DNA of 64,000 nt from Candidatus Diapherotrites archaeon LH_S9 (GCA_023659865.1 JAGXON010000005.1:1-64000), one strand, 5' to 3'. Counted from the stretch's first letter, positions 37,955-49,341 are shown. The notes: a model not told the origin generated them from the letters alone. Made by a program: numbers and translations.

Positions 37955-40123
37955 CTAGTCTATGTAGGATGTTGCATCTGCTTTTTCTTTACCGTACTCT
38001 TCCATGAATTCCTTGTATCTACTTAGTTCCGCGTCAGTTATTGATGGAGAGATTTTGCTTATGGCGCCTTTGAAATAATCTTTTGTGACTATTTCTTCAT
38101 CGTTTCTAAGCGCTTCCATCGCTGCTTCCTGGACTATTCCCTCTATATCTGCTCCGGAATATCCTTTGGTTTCTCTTGCAAGTTCTTCTGTATTCACATC
38201 GCTATCTAGAGGTACGTTACGCGTGTGGACTTCGAAGATCTTTTTCCTGGATTCTTCGTCTGGTGCAGGCACTACAACCATTTCATCAAACCTTCCTGGT
38301 CTCAGCAGCGCGGGATCGATTAGTTCAGGTCTGTTAGATGACCCTATAACTACAACGTCTTTCATATCCTCGAGTCCGTCGAGTTCAGATAATATTTGGT
38401 TCACAACGCTTTCGGTTACGTGGGAACCAGAGCTTCTTCCTCTTCTTGGTGCAAGCGAGTCCAGTTCGTCAAAGAAGACGACTACTGGTGCTGCCTGTCT
38501 TGCTTTTCTGAAGACTTCTCTAACGGCTTTTTCTGATTCACCAACCCATTTTGACAGTAGTTCCGGTCCTTTTACTGCTATAAAGTTATACTCTGATTCG
38601 TTTGCCACTGCTTTTGCTAAAAGTGTTTTTCCTGTGCCTGGAGGCCCAAAAAGCAATATGCCTGCAGGAGGATCTATTCCTAGTTTTTTGAACTTCTCTG
38701 GTTTTTTCAGAGGCCAGTCAACTGCTTCGACCAGTCTCTGTTTCGGCTCTTCTAGGCCGCCTACGTCATCCCAAGTTACTTTAGGAACCTGTACAAACAC
38801 TTCTCTCATTGCTGAAGGCTGGATTTCTTTCATTGCCTCGTCAAAATCTTCTTTGTTTACTTTCAAATCGTCTATAAGTTCTTGAGGTATTCCTTCTTCT
38901 TTTTCGAGATCTACTTTCGGAAGCAATCTTCTTAGTGCTTTCATGGCGGATTCTTTTGCTAATGATTCTAGATCTGCTCCAACGAATCCGTGTGTTCTGT
39001 CTGAAAACCTATTTAAATCCACGTCATCGCTTATAGGCATGTTTCTCGTGTGTATCTGGAAAATTTCTTTCCTTGCTTTTCTATCTGGTACTCCTATCTC
39101 TATCTCTCTATCGAATCTGCCTGGCCTGCGAAGCGCTGGATCAATTGCATTAACTCTGTTAGTAGCTGCTATAACAACTACCTCTCCTCTTGCTTCTAAT
39201 CCATCCATAGAAGCCAGTATCTGTGAAACTACTCTTCTTTCGACTTCTCCTGTAGCTTCTTCTCTTTTAGGAGCTATGGCATCTATTTCATCTATGAATA
39301 TTATTGTAGGAGAGTCTTCCTGCGCTTGCTCAAATATCTTTCTTATTTTCTTTTCTGCTTCTCCAACGAATTTACTCATCACTTCCGGCCCTTGAATATG
39401 AATGAAGTTAGCGTCTGATTCGTTTGCCACAGCTTTTGCCATGAGCGTCTTCCCTGTCCCGGGCGGCCCGTGCAGTAAAACTCCTTTTGGAGGATCTATT
39501 CCAAGTCTTTCAAATATTTCAGGATGCTTCATTGGTATCTCTACCATCTCTCGGATTTTCTGGATTTCTTCGTCCAGTCCTCCAATATCCTCGTAGGTAA
39601 CGTGAGGTAGGCCTTTCATCTCCTGTACTGGTTTTTCTCTGACCTCCACCCCTGTCTGTGAAGTAACCTGAACTATTCCTGAAGGTTTGACGGATTTTGC
39701 GATCATGAGCAAAGAGGTTCCAAAGACTCCTACTACTATCTTGTCGCCTTGAGATATTGGTGTTCCTGATAATTGTTTTTTGACGTGTTCTTTGAATCCT
39801 GGTGAGAACCTGATTTTTTGAGTTGGAGCTAGAACTATTTTTTCTGCTTGTTTGGGCTTTATCTTCTTTAATTCTATCTTATCGCCTATGCTGACTCCAG
39901 CGTTCTGTCTTATGACCCCGTCTATCCTGGCTATGCCTTTTCTTTCATCTTGTGGGTGGCTTTGCCATACTTTTGCAGCAGTGTTCTTTTTTCCTTTGAT
40001 TTTTACTATATCCCCTGAGGTTAGATTGAGCTTTTGTCTTGGTTTTGATCCTATTCGTATCAATCCTCTTCCCACGTCGTTCTTCAGCGCTTCAGCTACT
40101 TTCAGTTTAATCTTTTCGCTCAT
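37955..40123 (-). CDS. cdc48: CDC48/VCP-like AAA+ ATPase (two AAA domains)
   Basis: N-domain plus two Walker A (GPPGTGKT) / Walker B (DEID/DELD) modules and second-region-of-homology motifs; 722 aa. Confidence 0.9.
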   Translation of the reverse strand: MSEKIKLKVAEALKNDVGRGLIRIGSKPRQKLNLTSGDIVKIKGKKNTAAKVWQSHPQDERKGIARIDGVIRQNAGVSIGDKIELKKIKPKQAEKIVLAPTQKIRFSPGFKEHVKKQLSGTPISQGDKIVVGVFGTSLLMIAKSVKPSGIVQVTSQTGVEVREKPVQEMKGLPHVTYEDIGGLDEEIQKIREMVEIPMKHPEIFERLGIDPPKGVLLHGPPGTGKTLMAKAVANESDANFIHIQGPEVMSKFVGEAEKKIRKIFEQAQEDSPTIIFIDEIDAIAPKREEATGEVERRVVSQILASMDGLEARGEVVVIAATNRVNAIDPALRRPGRFDREIEIGVPDRKARKEIFQIHTRNMPISDDVDLNRFSDRTHGFVGADLESLAKESAMKALRRLLPKVDLEKEEGIPQELIDDLKVNKEDFDEAMKEIQPSAMREVFVQVPKVTWDDVGGLEEPKQRLVEAVDWPLKKPEKFKKLGIDPPAGILLFGPPGTGKTLLAKAVANESEYNFIAVKGPELLSKWVGESEKAVREVFRKARQAAPVVVFFDELDSLAPRRGRSSGSHVTESVVNQILSELDGLEDMKDVVVIGSSNRPELIDPALLRPGRFDEMVVVPAPDEESRKKIFEVHTRNVPLDSDVNTEELARETKGYSGADIEGIVQEAAMEALRNDEEIVTKDYFKGAISKISPSITDAELSRYKEFMEEYGKEKADATSYID

Positions 40124-40160
40124 GGTGTAGTGTTTATTAAACTTTTTTTATAAAAGATTA

Positions 40161-40826
40161 TTGATGGTTGAAAACATTCCACTCGGTTGTGAGCTGGACT
40201 CGCTTTTTGGAGGAGGAATCCTCTGCAGTAGAATAACCCAGTTATACGGTCCTTCAGGAAGCGGTAAAACAGTTATTTGCTTACAGGCATTAGTAAATGC
40301 TGTTAAAGCAGGAAAAAAACCTATTTTTGTGGATCCAGAGGGTTCTTTCAGCCGAGAAAGGATAGATCAAATGGCTGGGGAGAATAGTAACGAGGTCTTT
40401 GACAACACTTGGTTACTGGAACCGTCAAGCTTTTCAGATCAAGCAGAAGCAATCCGGAAAGTGGTTAAGCAAGCTAGTGAGGAAAATGGCCTGATAATCG
40501 TTGACTCGATTGTCTATCATTATAGGCTCGAGCTGAATAACGGAAGAACGAAAGAGGTTAACAGAGAGCTTGGTAAGCAGTTAGCTCTTCTTTTAGAAGC
40601 TGCAAGGAAGAAAAATATTGCTGTACTGGTAACAAATCATGTTTACAGTGACCTAGATTCAGATGAGGTCACGCCTGTTGGAGGAGACGTAATGAAGTAC
40701 TCTTCCAAGGTCATTATCAAGTTAAGCAGTAATCCGGTGAGGAAAGCAGAGATTGTTAAGCATCAATTTAGGAAAGAAGGAAAAGAAAAAGAGTTTAGGA
40801 TTGTTGGGGCCGGAGTCACTTGCTAG
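40161..40826 (+). CDS. radB: RadB-like RecA-superfamily ATPase
   Basis: Walker A LYGPSGSGKTVICLQ, about 220 aa, lacks the N-terminal HhH domain of RadA. Confidence 0.55.
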   Translation: MMVENIPLGCELDSLFGGGILCSRITQLYGPSGSGKTVICLQALVNAVKAGKKPIFVDPEGSFSRERIDQMAGENSNEVFDNTWLLEPSSFSDQAEAIRKVVKQASEENGLIIVDSIVYHYRLELNNGRTKEVNRELGKQLALLLEAARKKNIAVLVTNHVYSDLDSDEVTPVGGDVMKYSSKVIIKLSSNPVRKAEIVKHQFRKEGKEKEFRIVGAGVTC

Positions 40827-41041
40827 AATTCCTTGGGCGTTAAATCTGTTTCGAAGTCACCGAGGTCTTCAGTAGAAGCGTTCAATTGATCTTGTACTTC
40901 AGATAGCTTTAATTCTTCTGTCGTTTTTTCGCCTGTTTGTTTTGGTGTCTGCTGGAGGCATCCTGCAAACATCACTAGTGACCCTATCAAGAGTAGTGCA
41001 AGAAGTTTTTTCTGCATTTTATTCCTCCTCCTTTGCTTCAT
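40823..41041 (-). CDS. small secreted lipoprotein-like protein
   Basis: MKQRRRNKMQKKLLALLLIGSLVMFAGC, a signal peptide with Cys. Confidence 0.3.
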   Translation of the reverse strand: MKQRRRNKMQKKLLALLLIGSLVMFAGCLQQTPKQTGEKTTEELKLSEVQDQLNASTEDLGDFETDLTPKEF

Positions 41042-42317
41042 AGGATATTTTTTCTAGGTTTTTCCTGAACTTGCTGAAGTTACCGCGTACTTGTTCAAGT
41101 TTTTGTTGAGCTAGTCCGTAGTTCGCGTTCTCGTAGTTTTTCTTCGCTTCTTGGACGAGGTTTCTCATTTCTTTTATTCCCTGCTCGTCTTGCGGCAGAT
41201 TCACTTGTTCAGTCTTGTTCATCGCTCGTTCAGTTATTTTATCCATCTTCTGGATAGTGTCTCCTGCAATCTGTTCTCTGACTACGTCAGAGTGCATTTT
41301 TCTGAATTCCTGCCATAGCTGCTTTATATCTCTGTTCACTTGATTCACTTGTTCTCTAACCTGTGCTTCGTAAGCTTCCTGTAGCTCAGTTCTTTTCCCT
41401 TTGATCTCGTCAAGCTTGGCTTGCATTTCGGTAGTATTCAAACCTGCGTTTTCCTCGAAAACAGTTAGTACGTGCTCAGCGTTCTCTATCTTCTTGTCGA
41501 AAACCATCAAGGAAACATTCTGCAGGTGAGCCCAACTGTCTTTCTTCATCCCTTTCACTTTTTCACTGGCCTCAACTCGGTTCCTAGTCCGCTCGAATCT
41601 GTGTTGACCTATCTCTTGCCTTGCAGTTTCTCTGAATTGTTGAACTTCTTGTTTCATCTGTTCTTCTGAAACGTTACCTTGCTGGAACTTCAGGTAAGTC
41701 GCTTGTACCCCGCTAGTTCTTTCACGTATTCTTGAAATATTCGCCTTTGCTTCTTTGGCTTCTTTCTCTACTTGATCAGCTTCTTCTAGGAACTTCCCGA
41801 ATCCGTAGTCGTACTGCATTTTTTTACCTAGTTTCACTGCGTGCTTTGCCTGTTCTTCAGGATTCTTGAATTTTTTCATCTTTTCCATGGTCTGGTTTCT
41901 ATTGTGAGCTACTTTTGCCATGACAAACTCTTTCACTTCAACGCCAATCTGTCGCGCCTTATTAGAAACGTCTTTTCCTGTGAAGTTCTTCCCCATTACC
42001 ATCTCGTGTATTGCTTGTACTTTTTCTTTCACTATGTTCTGAACAATGTATCTCCCAGGACCTCCCATACCTGGCATTCCTTCTTCAAATTGGCCGGGGG
42101 CTTTTTGTTCTTTGGCTAAACCCTTTCCTCTTATCGCACCATTTTCGTTACCTGTAACAGTTCCGCTTTCGTTACCTGTAACAGTTCCTGGATTGCTAAC
42201 TTTCCCTGTATCTTCTGTGAAAACTTGGGGTGGAGGCGTTTCTACCATTACTGCCCCAGTTGATACTAGCAACCCGATTACTATCGTCAAAACAATTTTT
42301 TTATTTATATTATTCAC
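41019..42317 (-). CDS. secreted hypothetical coiled-coil protein
   Basis: N-terminal signal/TM, Gly/Thr-rich linker, long Q/E/K-rich helical region; 432 aa. Confidence 0.35.
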   Translation of the reverse strand: MNNINKKIVLTIVIGLLVSTGAVMVETPPPQVFTEDTGKVSNPGTVTGNESGTVTGNENGAIRGKGLAKEQKAPGQFEEGMPGMGGPGRYIVQNIVKEKVQAIHEMVMGKNFTGKDVSNKARQIGVEVKEFVMAKVAHNRNQTMEKMKKFKNPEEQAKHAVKLGKKMQYDYGFGKFLEEADQVEKEAKEAKANISRIRERTSGVQATYLKFQQGNVSEEQMKQEVQQFRETARQEIGQHRFERTRNRVEASEKVKGMKKDSWAHLQNVSLMVFDKKIENAEHVLTVFEENAGLNTTEMQAKLDEIKGKRTELQEAYEAQVREQVNQVNRDIKQLWQEFRKMHSDVVREQIAGDTIQKMDKITERAMNKTEQVNLPQDEQGIKEMRNLVQEAKKNYENANYGLAQQKLEQVRGNFSKFRKNLEKISYEAKEEE

Positions 42318-42440
42318 CTCTCTGTTTAATAGAAGGCGTTTAAGGGTATTTAATGGTTTCGCTGTTGTTTTCTTTCCAGAAAGCTTTAGAATAGTTTAGG
42401 ATAGTTTACTTGAGGAGAAAAAGTTAAAAAGCTGGTTAAC

Positions 42441-43112
42441 ATGATTTTTTTTATGAAAAAGAGTCTCTTGGTACTCATTTCACTGTTCTTGCTTTCTTCT
42501 TCATTCGCTTACTCGCTTAATGGAACCGTTTTTAATTGGGATACTCTGGAGAGAACTCGGGCAATGGTAAAAGTTTATTCAAACGATTCATTAGTGAATC
42601 AGGTGATCACGAGCGAGTCAGGAGATTTTTCTCTTGATTTAAAGGGAGGAACATACGATCTGAAAATAGTTTCAGGTAATCTAAGTTACGAAACTGAAGT
42701 AAAACTAGAAAATGATCTCGAGATAGAGGCTCCATTACTTCCTTCAGAAGAAGGTATTTTCTTGAACACTTCTGTAGGAGAATACGAGAACATTGGAACT
42801 CCTCAAGACGTTGCAGAAGACCAGGAAGAAAAAAAAGAGAGTGAAAGCCCATTCAAAATTTTTGTAACTTTGGCTATAGCGCTGATTGTCCTGTTCTTTT
42901 TCCTGAGAAAAAAGAAGCCAGAGATAAAGGGGGATAAACAACTGGTGCTTGATCAAATCAAGGAAGAAGGAGTGAGAGTGAAACAAGGAGTTCTGAAGGA
43001 AAAAACTGGTTTTTCAGCTTCAAAACTTAGTTTACTTACTAAAGAACTTGAAGAAGAAGGTTCGATCAGTAAAGAAAAGATGGGAAGAGAAAAAGTTATT
43101 GAACTTACTTAA
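42441..43112 (+). CDS. membrane-anchored protein: signal peptide, carboxypeptidase-regulatory-like beta-sandwich, one TM, C-terminal winged-helix domain
   Basis: SGDFSLDLKGGTYDLKIVSGN (CarboxypepD_reg-like), hydrophobic helix IFVTLAIALIVLFFFL, C-terminal LVLDQIKEEGVRVKQGVLKEKTGFSASKLSLLTKELEEEGSI (wHTH, MarR/TrmB-like). Confidence 0.4.
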   Translation: MIFFMKKSLLVLISLFLLSSSFAYSLNGTVFNWDTLERTRAMVKVYSNDSLVNQVITSESGDFSLDLKGGTYDLKIVSGNLSYETEVKLENDLEIEAPLLPSEEGIFLNTSVGEYENIGTPQDVAEDQEEKKESESPFKIFVTLAIALIVLFFFLRKKKPEIKGDKQLVLDQIKEEGVRVKQGVLKEKTGFSASKLSLLTKELEEEGSISKEKMGREKVIELT

Positions 43113-44139
43113 CTGCGTTAAGAAAGATCGAGGCCCAGGACATGGATTCGTCGGAGTAGTAAATTGACTTTTTGAAGGGTCTGCCCCCTCGATCAAAACA
43201 CTCCAGATAGTTACCGTATTTTTCTATCCAGTTAATGTACTTTGTTTTGTATGTCTCGAAAACTTTGTTTTCCTTAAATAAATCTATCCATGCTGCTCCG
43301 ATCTGAGTCCAGGCAGTGTTAACCTGGTAGCTGGTTGGTCCTGACTTGTAAACAAGAGGAAAAGGTTGGTCAAGGCCTTTATCCTGGATTTTAGCGAGAG
43401 ATTTTTGTTTCTTATCCTTGTCTTCGATCACGCCAGTCCAGTAAGGAAACAGGTTAGCGTCTGAAGTTATTTCATCACTCTCTAAATCGTTTTTGAAGCA
43501 TTCTCCTGTCCAGAAGTTTCGTTCGATGATTTTATTGAAGTTAAAAGAGCTTAATGGGTTTTCCAGATCTATTTCTTCAAGATCATCGGAGAGCATTCCC
43601 GCCATCACTTGGTTGTAGAGCAAGCCTTTTTCTTCGTAACCTCCTTTCAGTGCTCCTAGTTTCGTGTCTGTTCTGATCAGACCGTCTTCATCAACTACTT
43701 CTTCTGCAAACTTGTTCACTTCTTTTTCAAGCAGTTCTTGGTGCTTTGACGGATCGTAGTTGCTTTCCTTTATCGCCCTGATCGTCCAGGCCAGAGTATC
43801 GGGTGAGTAAGGTCCTAGGTTGAACGGTAGGTCCGGGAAAACTATTGTCGTGGAGAGTTTTCCGTGTCTTTCAAAAGCGTCTAAAGCGTTTTTGAGCGTT
43901 TTTCTAACTTTTTTTCCGTATCCTAGTTCGCAAAGCGCTTTTGAGCACATTCCGAAGTCTCTTGTCCAGAACTGTGAGTAGTGGCCTCCGCTACCTCTGA
44001 AGTATTTTCCGTCCCAAGCTGATTCAATTGATTTCCTGCATATCTCTTTGTAGTTGTCCCCATATCTTTTGGGGCCTGTTATCCTGCATTTTATTCCTCG
44101 CAGCATCTGTTTTGTCCCGGCTCCTGCTAGTCCAATCAT
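43105..44139 (-). CDS. hypothetical protein, possibly (alpha/alpha)6-barrel glycoside-hydrolase-like
   Basis: 344 aa; FWTRDFGM and Trp-rich blocks are the only hints; weak. Confidence 0.25.
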   Translation of the reverse strand: MIGLAGAGTKQMLRGIKCRITGPKRYGDNYKEICRKSIESAWDGKYFRGSGGHYSQFWTRDFGMCSKALCELGYGKKVRKTLKNALDAFERHGKLSTTIVFPDLPFNLGPYSPDTLAWTIRAIKESNYDPSKHQELLEKEVNKFAEEVVDEDGLIRTDTKLGALKGGYEEKGLLYNQVMAGMLSDDLEEIDLENPLSSFNFNKIIERNFWTGECFKNDLESDEITSDANLFPYWTGVIEDKDKKQKSLAKIQDKGLDQPFPLVYKSGPTSYQVNTAWTQIGAAWIDLFKENKVFETYKTKYINWIEKYGNYLECFDRGGRPFKKSIYYSDESMSWASIFLNAVK

Positions 44140-44171
44140 GTTTTTATATACTCTTTTTTCATTTAAAATAA

Positions 44172-45017
44172 TTAGTTTGTTCTCGGTTTCTTTATCTTTA
44201 CTCTTCCTGCTGGAAGAGCTTGCAGCAATTCATCTGGATTCACGTACTCAGCATCGAAAAGGTTTTCCAACTTTTTCTTTAGGTCTTTTACTGCTTCTCC
44301 CTTCTTTTTAGTGCCAGGAACGACTATCAGATGCTTTCCGTGTTTTTCTTGGATTGCTGGAGGAGATCCTGAGACCACTCTTTGTTTTTCTTTGTCGTAG
44401 CTGATAGCTAGCTCGACTTTTTGGTTTTTGAACCACTGTCTTTCTCCACGTATTTGGAAGCTTCCTGTAGGCAGGTACTCCCCGGATTTTGCCGAGGTCT
44501 TAACCTGCTCTGGACTAACGGCGTAAACGTCCACTGCTGTCACGCCTTGCTTGAACGCTTTCGAGGCTGTTGCCGCGTATTGAGCTGCCTGTTCTTTATC
44601 TTCTTCTGAAGGTTTTTCTCCTTCGGTTTTGAGCACGACTGCTGGAGCTCCGTGAACGTCTGCGTGGAAGAACAAGTCGCCTTTTTGCATGTGATCTTTT
44701 ACTACTCTTTCGTTGGATTGAGCTGTTTTTCCTCCGATGACGAGTAAGTCGTTGCTTGTTTTGAACCAGTGGAATTTCTCGTACCAGTCTCTCTTTCTTT
44801 TCTTCCTGTACCTCTTCTTTTCAACAACTTCTTTTTGCTCTAGTTCCTCTATCTTTCTTTCAGTTTCTTCTATAGCTTTTTCTAGCCCTTCTAATTTCTT
44901 TTTTGCTTTCTTGCTCTTCTCGTATTTTTCGTTAGCGTTTTCTGCAGCGCTTTTCTTTGGATTGAGCTCTATTTTCATTTCCAGTCCTCTTTCGTCTTGC
45001 AGTCCGGATTTAAACAC
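44172..45017 (-). CDS. NFACT-R (DUF814) domain protein (Rqc2/FbpA C-terminal-like RNA-binding domain)
   Basis: WFKTSNDLLVIGGKTAQSNERVVKDHMQKGDLFFHADVHGAPAVVL matches the DUF814 core. Confidence 0.5.
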   Translation of the reverse strand: MFKSGLQDERGLEMKIELNPKKSAAENANEKYEKSKKAKKKLEGLEKAIEETERKIEELEQKEVVEKKRYRKKRKRDWYEKFHWFKTSNDLLVIGGKTAQSNERVVKDHMQKGDLFFHADVHGAPAVVLKTEGEKPSEEDKEQAAQYAATASKAFKQGVTAVDVYAVSPEQVKTSAKSGEYLPTGSFQIRGERQWFKNQKVELAISYDKEKQRVVSGSPPAIQEKHGKHLIVVPGTKKKGEAVKDLKKKLENLFDAEYVNPDELLQALPAGRVKIKKPRTN

Positions 45018-46975
45018 ATCTCGAAAGTCTTTTTACCTCTCAGTATCTTGACTTTAGGTGCTCCGCACTCTTCGCACTTCTCGTCCAGTGCCTTCATGCC
45101 ACCTTTCTGCGGTAGTGGATAGCTTTTCTTGCATTTAGGGTAGTTACTGCACCCTACGAATCTTTTCCCAGATTTCTTTGACCTGATAACTCGAAGGTTG
45201 CCTCCGCACTCGCATTCTGCGATCACATTGGATTCTTGAATGGCTTTTTTAAGTTCTTCTCCGATTCTTCCTTTTTCTTTCACCATTTCGTCGAGCACTT
45301 CTGAAAGCATGTTCCGGGAGTCGCCCACTACTTCCTCCATAGATTTTTTCCCTTCCGATATCTGCTCCATCTCTTTCTTGAGCTTTGAAGTCATTTTCGG
45401 TTGAGTTATTTCTTCAACATGGTTATCGAGCGTGTTTACAACTGCTTTCGCGATGTTGGTTGGAGTGTATTTCTTGTATCCCTTAATGTAGCGTCTTCCC
45501 TGGAGTTTGTTGATTATTGATGGCCTGGTGGACTTGGTTCCTAGGTTCTTGTCCTCCATTTTTTTGATGAGTGCGGAAGGAGAATACTTCTTTGGAGGCT
45601 TGGTCTGTTTCTTTTTCCTGATTATTTTCTCAATGTTTACTTCATCGTTTTTCTTCAGTTCCGGTAACTCTATGATCCTTGTCTTTGAGTAAGGATAGTA
45701 TTTTTTCCAGCCTTTTTTCAGGAAAGTTCTTCCTCTTGAAAAAAAGTTCTCTCCCTCGATATTGAAGTCAGCTCTAACTGTGTTAAGCACTGCTTTCGGT
45801 GCAACTGTTGCAAAAAACCGGGAAACGATTAATTTGTAGACTTTCCACTGCCTATTGCTTAAGCTCTTTTTGTTCGCCAGTTCCACTGGGTGTATTGGAG
45901 GGTGGTCAGTGCTTTTCTTTTTTCCTTTAGTCGGCTTTATTTTTTTCTGAGAAAGCAGTTCCTTTGCCTGATTCTTGAACTGAGCGTGCTCGGTGAATTT
46001 CTTGAGTATCTTCTTTAATCCAAGGCTTTTCGGGTACTGAGTGTTATCTGTTCTTGGGTAAGATATGAATCCGTTCTGGTAAAGTGATTCAGCAGTGTTT
46101 ATCGCCTGTGAAGGAGATAGCCCGATTCGGCTTGCTGCTCTTAGGAATGCTGTGGTGTTGAACGGTGTTGGTGGCTTAAGGCTTTTCTTTCTTTTCTTAA
46201 GTTTTTTTACTTGAGCTTTGTCTGCTTTTCTTAGTTTCTTTGTTATTTTGTCTACTTCTTCTTTTTTCCAGAATTTTTTCTTCTTGTGCTCTGCCTTGAA
46301 TTTCTTGTCTTTCCTGAGTTCTGCCTTGAGTGTCCAGTAGTCTTTCGGATCAAATTTGTCTCGCTCTTTCTGTCTTTCCACGATCATAGCTAATGTAGGG
46401 GTTTGAACTCTTCCTACGGACAGAAACTGTTTTCCTAGCCTGTTTGACACGAGTGAAACGAATCTTGTGAGTACTGCTCCCCATATCAGGTCTATTTCTC
46501 TTCGTGAGTCTGCTGAGTTTGCAAGGTTTTTATCTAGTTCAGTTAAGTTGTTGAATGCTTTTTCAACGTCTGAAGGAGCGAGTGAACTGAATCTAGCTCT
46601 TTTGACGTCGATATCTGGATTGACTTCCTTGATTATGTTGACTGCTTCTTTTCCTATGCTTTCTCCTTCTCTGTCGAAGTCTGTTGCCACGATGCATTTG
46701 TCGGCTTTTTTCCCGAATTTTTTTAGTTTGCGCTGTATCGATTTAACTGAAGGCTTGTAAACTAAATCGGATTCTGCCATTGCGTTGAGGTTAGCTGACT
46801 GCCAGTTGCTGAACCTGGATGGGAAATCAACTTCTATTATGTGTCCTCTTAATGGAACTATGACGTGATCATCTGCTTCGTAAACGTTTTTCTCGAGCGT
46901 TTTTGGAGAGCTCGAGCTAAGTATTTGAGATATTCTTCTTCCCGCGCTAGGTTTCTCTGCTATTATCAGGCTCAT
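44975..46975 (-). CDS. topA: DNA topoisomerase I (type IA) with C-terminal zinc ribbons
   Basis: TOPRIM start [15 protein letters not shown], active-site region ISYPRTDN, C-terminal CxxC...CxxC ribbons. Confidence 0.9.
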   Translation of the reverse strand: MSLIIAEKPSAGRRISQILSSSSPKTLEKNVYEADDHVIVPLRGHIIEVDFPSRFSNWQSANLNAMAESDLVYKPSVKSIQRKLKKFGKKADKCIVATDFDREGESIGKEAVNIIKEVNPDIDVKRARFSSLAPSDVEKAFNNLTELDKNLANSADSRREIDLIWGAVLTRFVSLVSNRLGKQFLSVGRVQTPTLAMIVERQKERDKFDPKDYWTLKAELRKDKKFKAEHKKKKFWKKEEVDKITKKLRKADKAQVKKLKKRKKSLKPPTPFNTTAFLRAASRIGLSPSQAINTAESLYQNGFISYPRTDNTQYPKSLGLKKILKKFTEHAQFKNQAKELLSQKKIKPTKGKKKSTDHPPIHPVELANKKSLSNRQWKVYKLIVSRFFATVAPKAVLNTVRADFNIEGENFFSRGRTFLKKGWKKYYPYSKTRIIELPELKKNDEVNIEKIIRKKKQTKPPKKYSPSALIKKMEDKNLGTKSTRPSIINKLQGRRYIKGYKKYTPTNIAKAVVNTLDNHVEEITQPKMTSKLKKEMEQISEGKKSMEEVVGDSRNMLSEVLDEMVKEKGRIGEELKKAIQESNVIAECECGGNLRVIRSKKSGKRFVGCSNYPKCKKSYPLPQKGGMKALDEKCEECGAPKVKILRGKKTFEMCLNPDCKTKEDWK

Positions 46976-48573
46976 TGTTTCACTGCTTTTTTCAAGAATT
47001 CTTTGAACACTGGTGCTGGTTCCTCTAGTTTCGAGCGGAACTCAGGGTGTGCTTGAGTTGCCACGAAGTACGGGTGGTCCTGGATCTCTAGGAACTGCAT
47101 TATTTTTCCAGATTTGTCTGTTCCAGAGAAAAATAGGCCGTTTTTTTCGATTTCTTCGATGTATTTTGGGTTAACTTCGTATCTGTGTCTGAATCTTTCT
47201 CTGACTTTGTTTTTTCCATTGTAAATGCTTTGAACGTAAGTTCCGTCCTTCAGGTAAATGTCTTGCCCTCCCAAACGCATTGTTCCTCCAAGTCCTTTTA
47301 CCCCCTCCTGTTCCGGCAGGATGTCGATCACGTTGTGTTCAGGCTCATCTCTTATCTCAGTGGAGTGAGCGTTCTCCATGCCACAAACGTTCCTCGCGTA
47401 CTCGACGACCGCCATCTGGAACCCGTAGCAGAGCCCGAGGAAAGGTATGTCGTTCTCTCTGCAGTGTTGGATGCAGTCTATTTTTCCTTCTGTTCCTCTT
47501 GATCCGAATCCGCCTGGTACTATAACTCCTTTAACGTCTTCAAGTTCTTCTTCTACCGTGGTTTCTCCTTGCTCTATTCTCGTGGTTTCTACCCAGGCAA
47601 GTTCGACTCCTAGGTCGAGGTGTGCTCCAGCGTGCTCGAGCGATTCGATTATCGAGACGTAAGAGTCTTTCAGTTCAGTGTATTTCCCTGTTATGGCTAT
47701 CTTTATCTTTTCTTCCGGGTTAAGCATGTTGTCCACTAGTCCCTTCCATCGCTCCATGCTTTTAGGTCGGTTCGGCAGGCCTAGTTCTTCAAGAACTTTT
47801 TTCGAGAAGTTTTCTTCTTCCAGGAGGAACGGGACCTTATAGATGGACTCGCAGTCGGGATCGGAAATCACGTGATCTACTGGAACGTTGCAGAACAAGG
47901 ATATCTTTTCTTTTACTTTTTTGTTGAGGCCTTCTTCGCATCTGCCGACCACGAAGTCAGGCTGCACTCCCATTCCAAGCAGTCTTTCCGTGGATCGTTG
48001 TGTTGGTTTGGTTTTCTGTTCTCCGACAACATCGAGTATTGGAACAAGCGTCACGTGAACGAACAAAACCTCTCCTTCTTCTTTGTCTTGATGAAGTTCT
48101 CTCATCGCTTCAATGAAGTAACTGTTCTCGATGTCTCCAACTGTCCCCCCTACCTCGATTATGACTACTTCAGCATTCTGTTTTTCTCCGATGTCTTCAA
48201 CCCAGTCCTTTATTTCCCCTGTTACGTGAGGAATGAACTGAACGTCTTTCCCTAAGTATTTTCCTTCTCTTTCCTTGTCGATAACTTTCCCGAAGATCTT
48301 TCCACCAGTAGGGTTGTTCGCGTACTCCATGGTGTTGCCAGTAAATCTCTCGTAGTTACCTAGATCCATGTCGCACTCGGTACCGTCATCCAGTACAAAA
48401 ACTTCTCCGTGCCTGAATGGGTTCATGGTTCCTGCATCAACGTTCAAGTATCCATCGAACTTTACGGGACAGACTGAATATCCTCTTGAATCAAGTAGCT
48501 TCCCTAAAGAAGATACTACTATGCCTTTGCCTAACCCTGATAAGACTCCGCCTGTAATAATCACGTACTTCAC
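46972..48573 (-). CDS. pyrG: CTP synthase
   Basis: [18 protein letters not shown], GATase triad region GLCYGFQ, about 533 aa. Confidence 0.95.
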   Translation of the reverse strand: MKYVIITGGVLSGLGKGIVVSSLGKLLDSRGYSVCPVKFDGYLNVDAGTMNPFRHGEVFVLDDGTECDMDLGNYERFTGNTMEYANNPTGGKIFGKVIDKEREGKYLGKDVQFIPHVTGEIKDWVEDIGEKQNAEVVIIEVGGTVGDIENSYFIEAMRELHQDKEEGEVLFVHVTLVPILDVVGEQKTKPTQRSTERLLGMGVQPDFVVGRCEEGLNKKVKEKISLFCNVPVDHVISDPDCESIYKVPFLLEEENFSKKVLEELGLPNRPKSMERWKGLVDNMLNPEEKIKIAITGKYTELKDSYVSIIESLEHAGAHLDLGVELAWVETTRIEQGETTVEEELEDVKGVIVPGGFGSRGTEGKIDCIQHCRENDIPFLGLCYGFQMAVVEYARNVCGMENAHSTEIRDEPEHNVIDILPEQEGVKGLGGTMRLGGQDIYLKDGTYVQSIYNGKNKVRERFRHRYEVNPKYIEEIEKNGLFFSGTDKSGKIMQFLEIQDHPYFVATQAHPEFRSKLEEPAPVFKEFLKKAVKQ

Positions 48574-49316
48574 TTTATCCCACTAGTTAAAAGTTTGTAT
48601 CTGCTTAAGTATAAATTGGTTTTCAAGAATTCAATGTAAGGAAGAACAAAAACGAACAGTAAAAACGAACTAAAGATAGGGGACAGCCAGAAAACCTTCA
48701 AATGACCTATCATAGTCTCTATAAGCACAAGTACGAACAATCCAATAACTGAAATCAAGTAGATTCCGATAACAGCTCCAGGTTTTTTCAAAAAGAATTT
48801 TGCGCTTTCTTTCAAGGATCTGATGAAGCCGTATTCCTCCAGCACCAGTGTCTGCGGCACAAATATGAAAAACCCCCATACCAAGAGCATCAGGAATGCC
48901 ATGGCAGTGCCAGGTAAGTTGAAGTAAGCTGTCCCGACACCTATCGCGAAAGTGATCGCTCCTAGAAAGAACCAGATCAGCATCAGTTTCCAGACGTTTC
49001 TAGGGAACCTGTAAAGCATTTTCATGAAACCGATATCATCAAGAGTTCTCCTAAGCTTAACGAGAAGAACAATCGCAACAGAGAGAAAGGAAACTGAAAA
49101 AGTTCCAATCACTGTAGCCATGAAGTAAAGAAAGATCTCGTAAGAGCTTAAAGACATTGATATTACATCAGTGTATCTCAGGAATCCGGCACCACCAGTC
49201 ACATAAGTGAAGAAGGACATGGTGAACAAAACCACTACTAGAACAAGAAAAGAAAATGGAAGCACGAGCTTGATATTTTCAAAATAACTTTTTAATGAAT
49301 CGGCTACTATTCGCAT
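48570..49316 (-). CDS. hypothetical polytopic membrane protein
   Basis: 248 aa, about 6 TM helices. Confidence 0.35.
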   Translation of the reverse strand: MRIVADSLKSYFENIKLVLPFSFLVLVVVLFTMSFFTYVTGGAGFLRYTDVISMSLSSYEIFLYFMATVIGTFSVSFLSVAIVLLVKLRRTLDDIGFMKMLYRFPRNVWKLMLIWFFLGAITFAIGVGTAYFNLPGTAMAFLMLLVWGFFIFVPQTLVLEEYGFIRSLKESAKFFLKKPGAVIGIYLISVIGLFVLVLIETMIGHLKVFWLSPIFSSFLLFVFVLPYIEFLKTNLYLSRYKLLTSGIK

Positions 49317-49341
49317 GCAAAACTTAATGAGTTGGATTTAT

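Noticed and set aside
38085-39596. Several plus-strand ORFs (266, 150, 64 aa) rich in Ser/Thr/Ala
   Set aside because: Antisense frames inside the cdc48 gene; low-complexity translations.
44054-44311. 85-aa plus-strand ORF between the glycosidase-like gene and the NFACT-R gene
   Set aside because: It overlaps the ends of both convergent or adjacent minus-strand genes and has hydrophobic low-complexity composition; most likely spurious.
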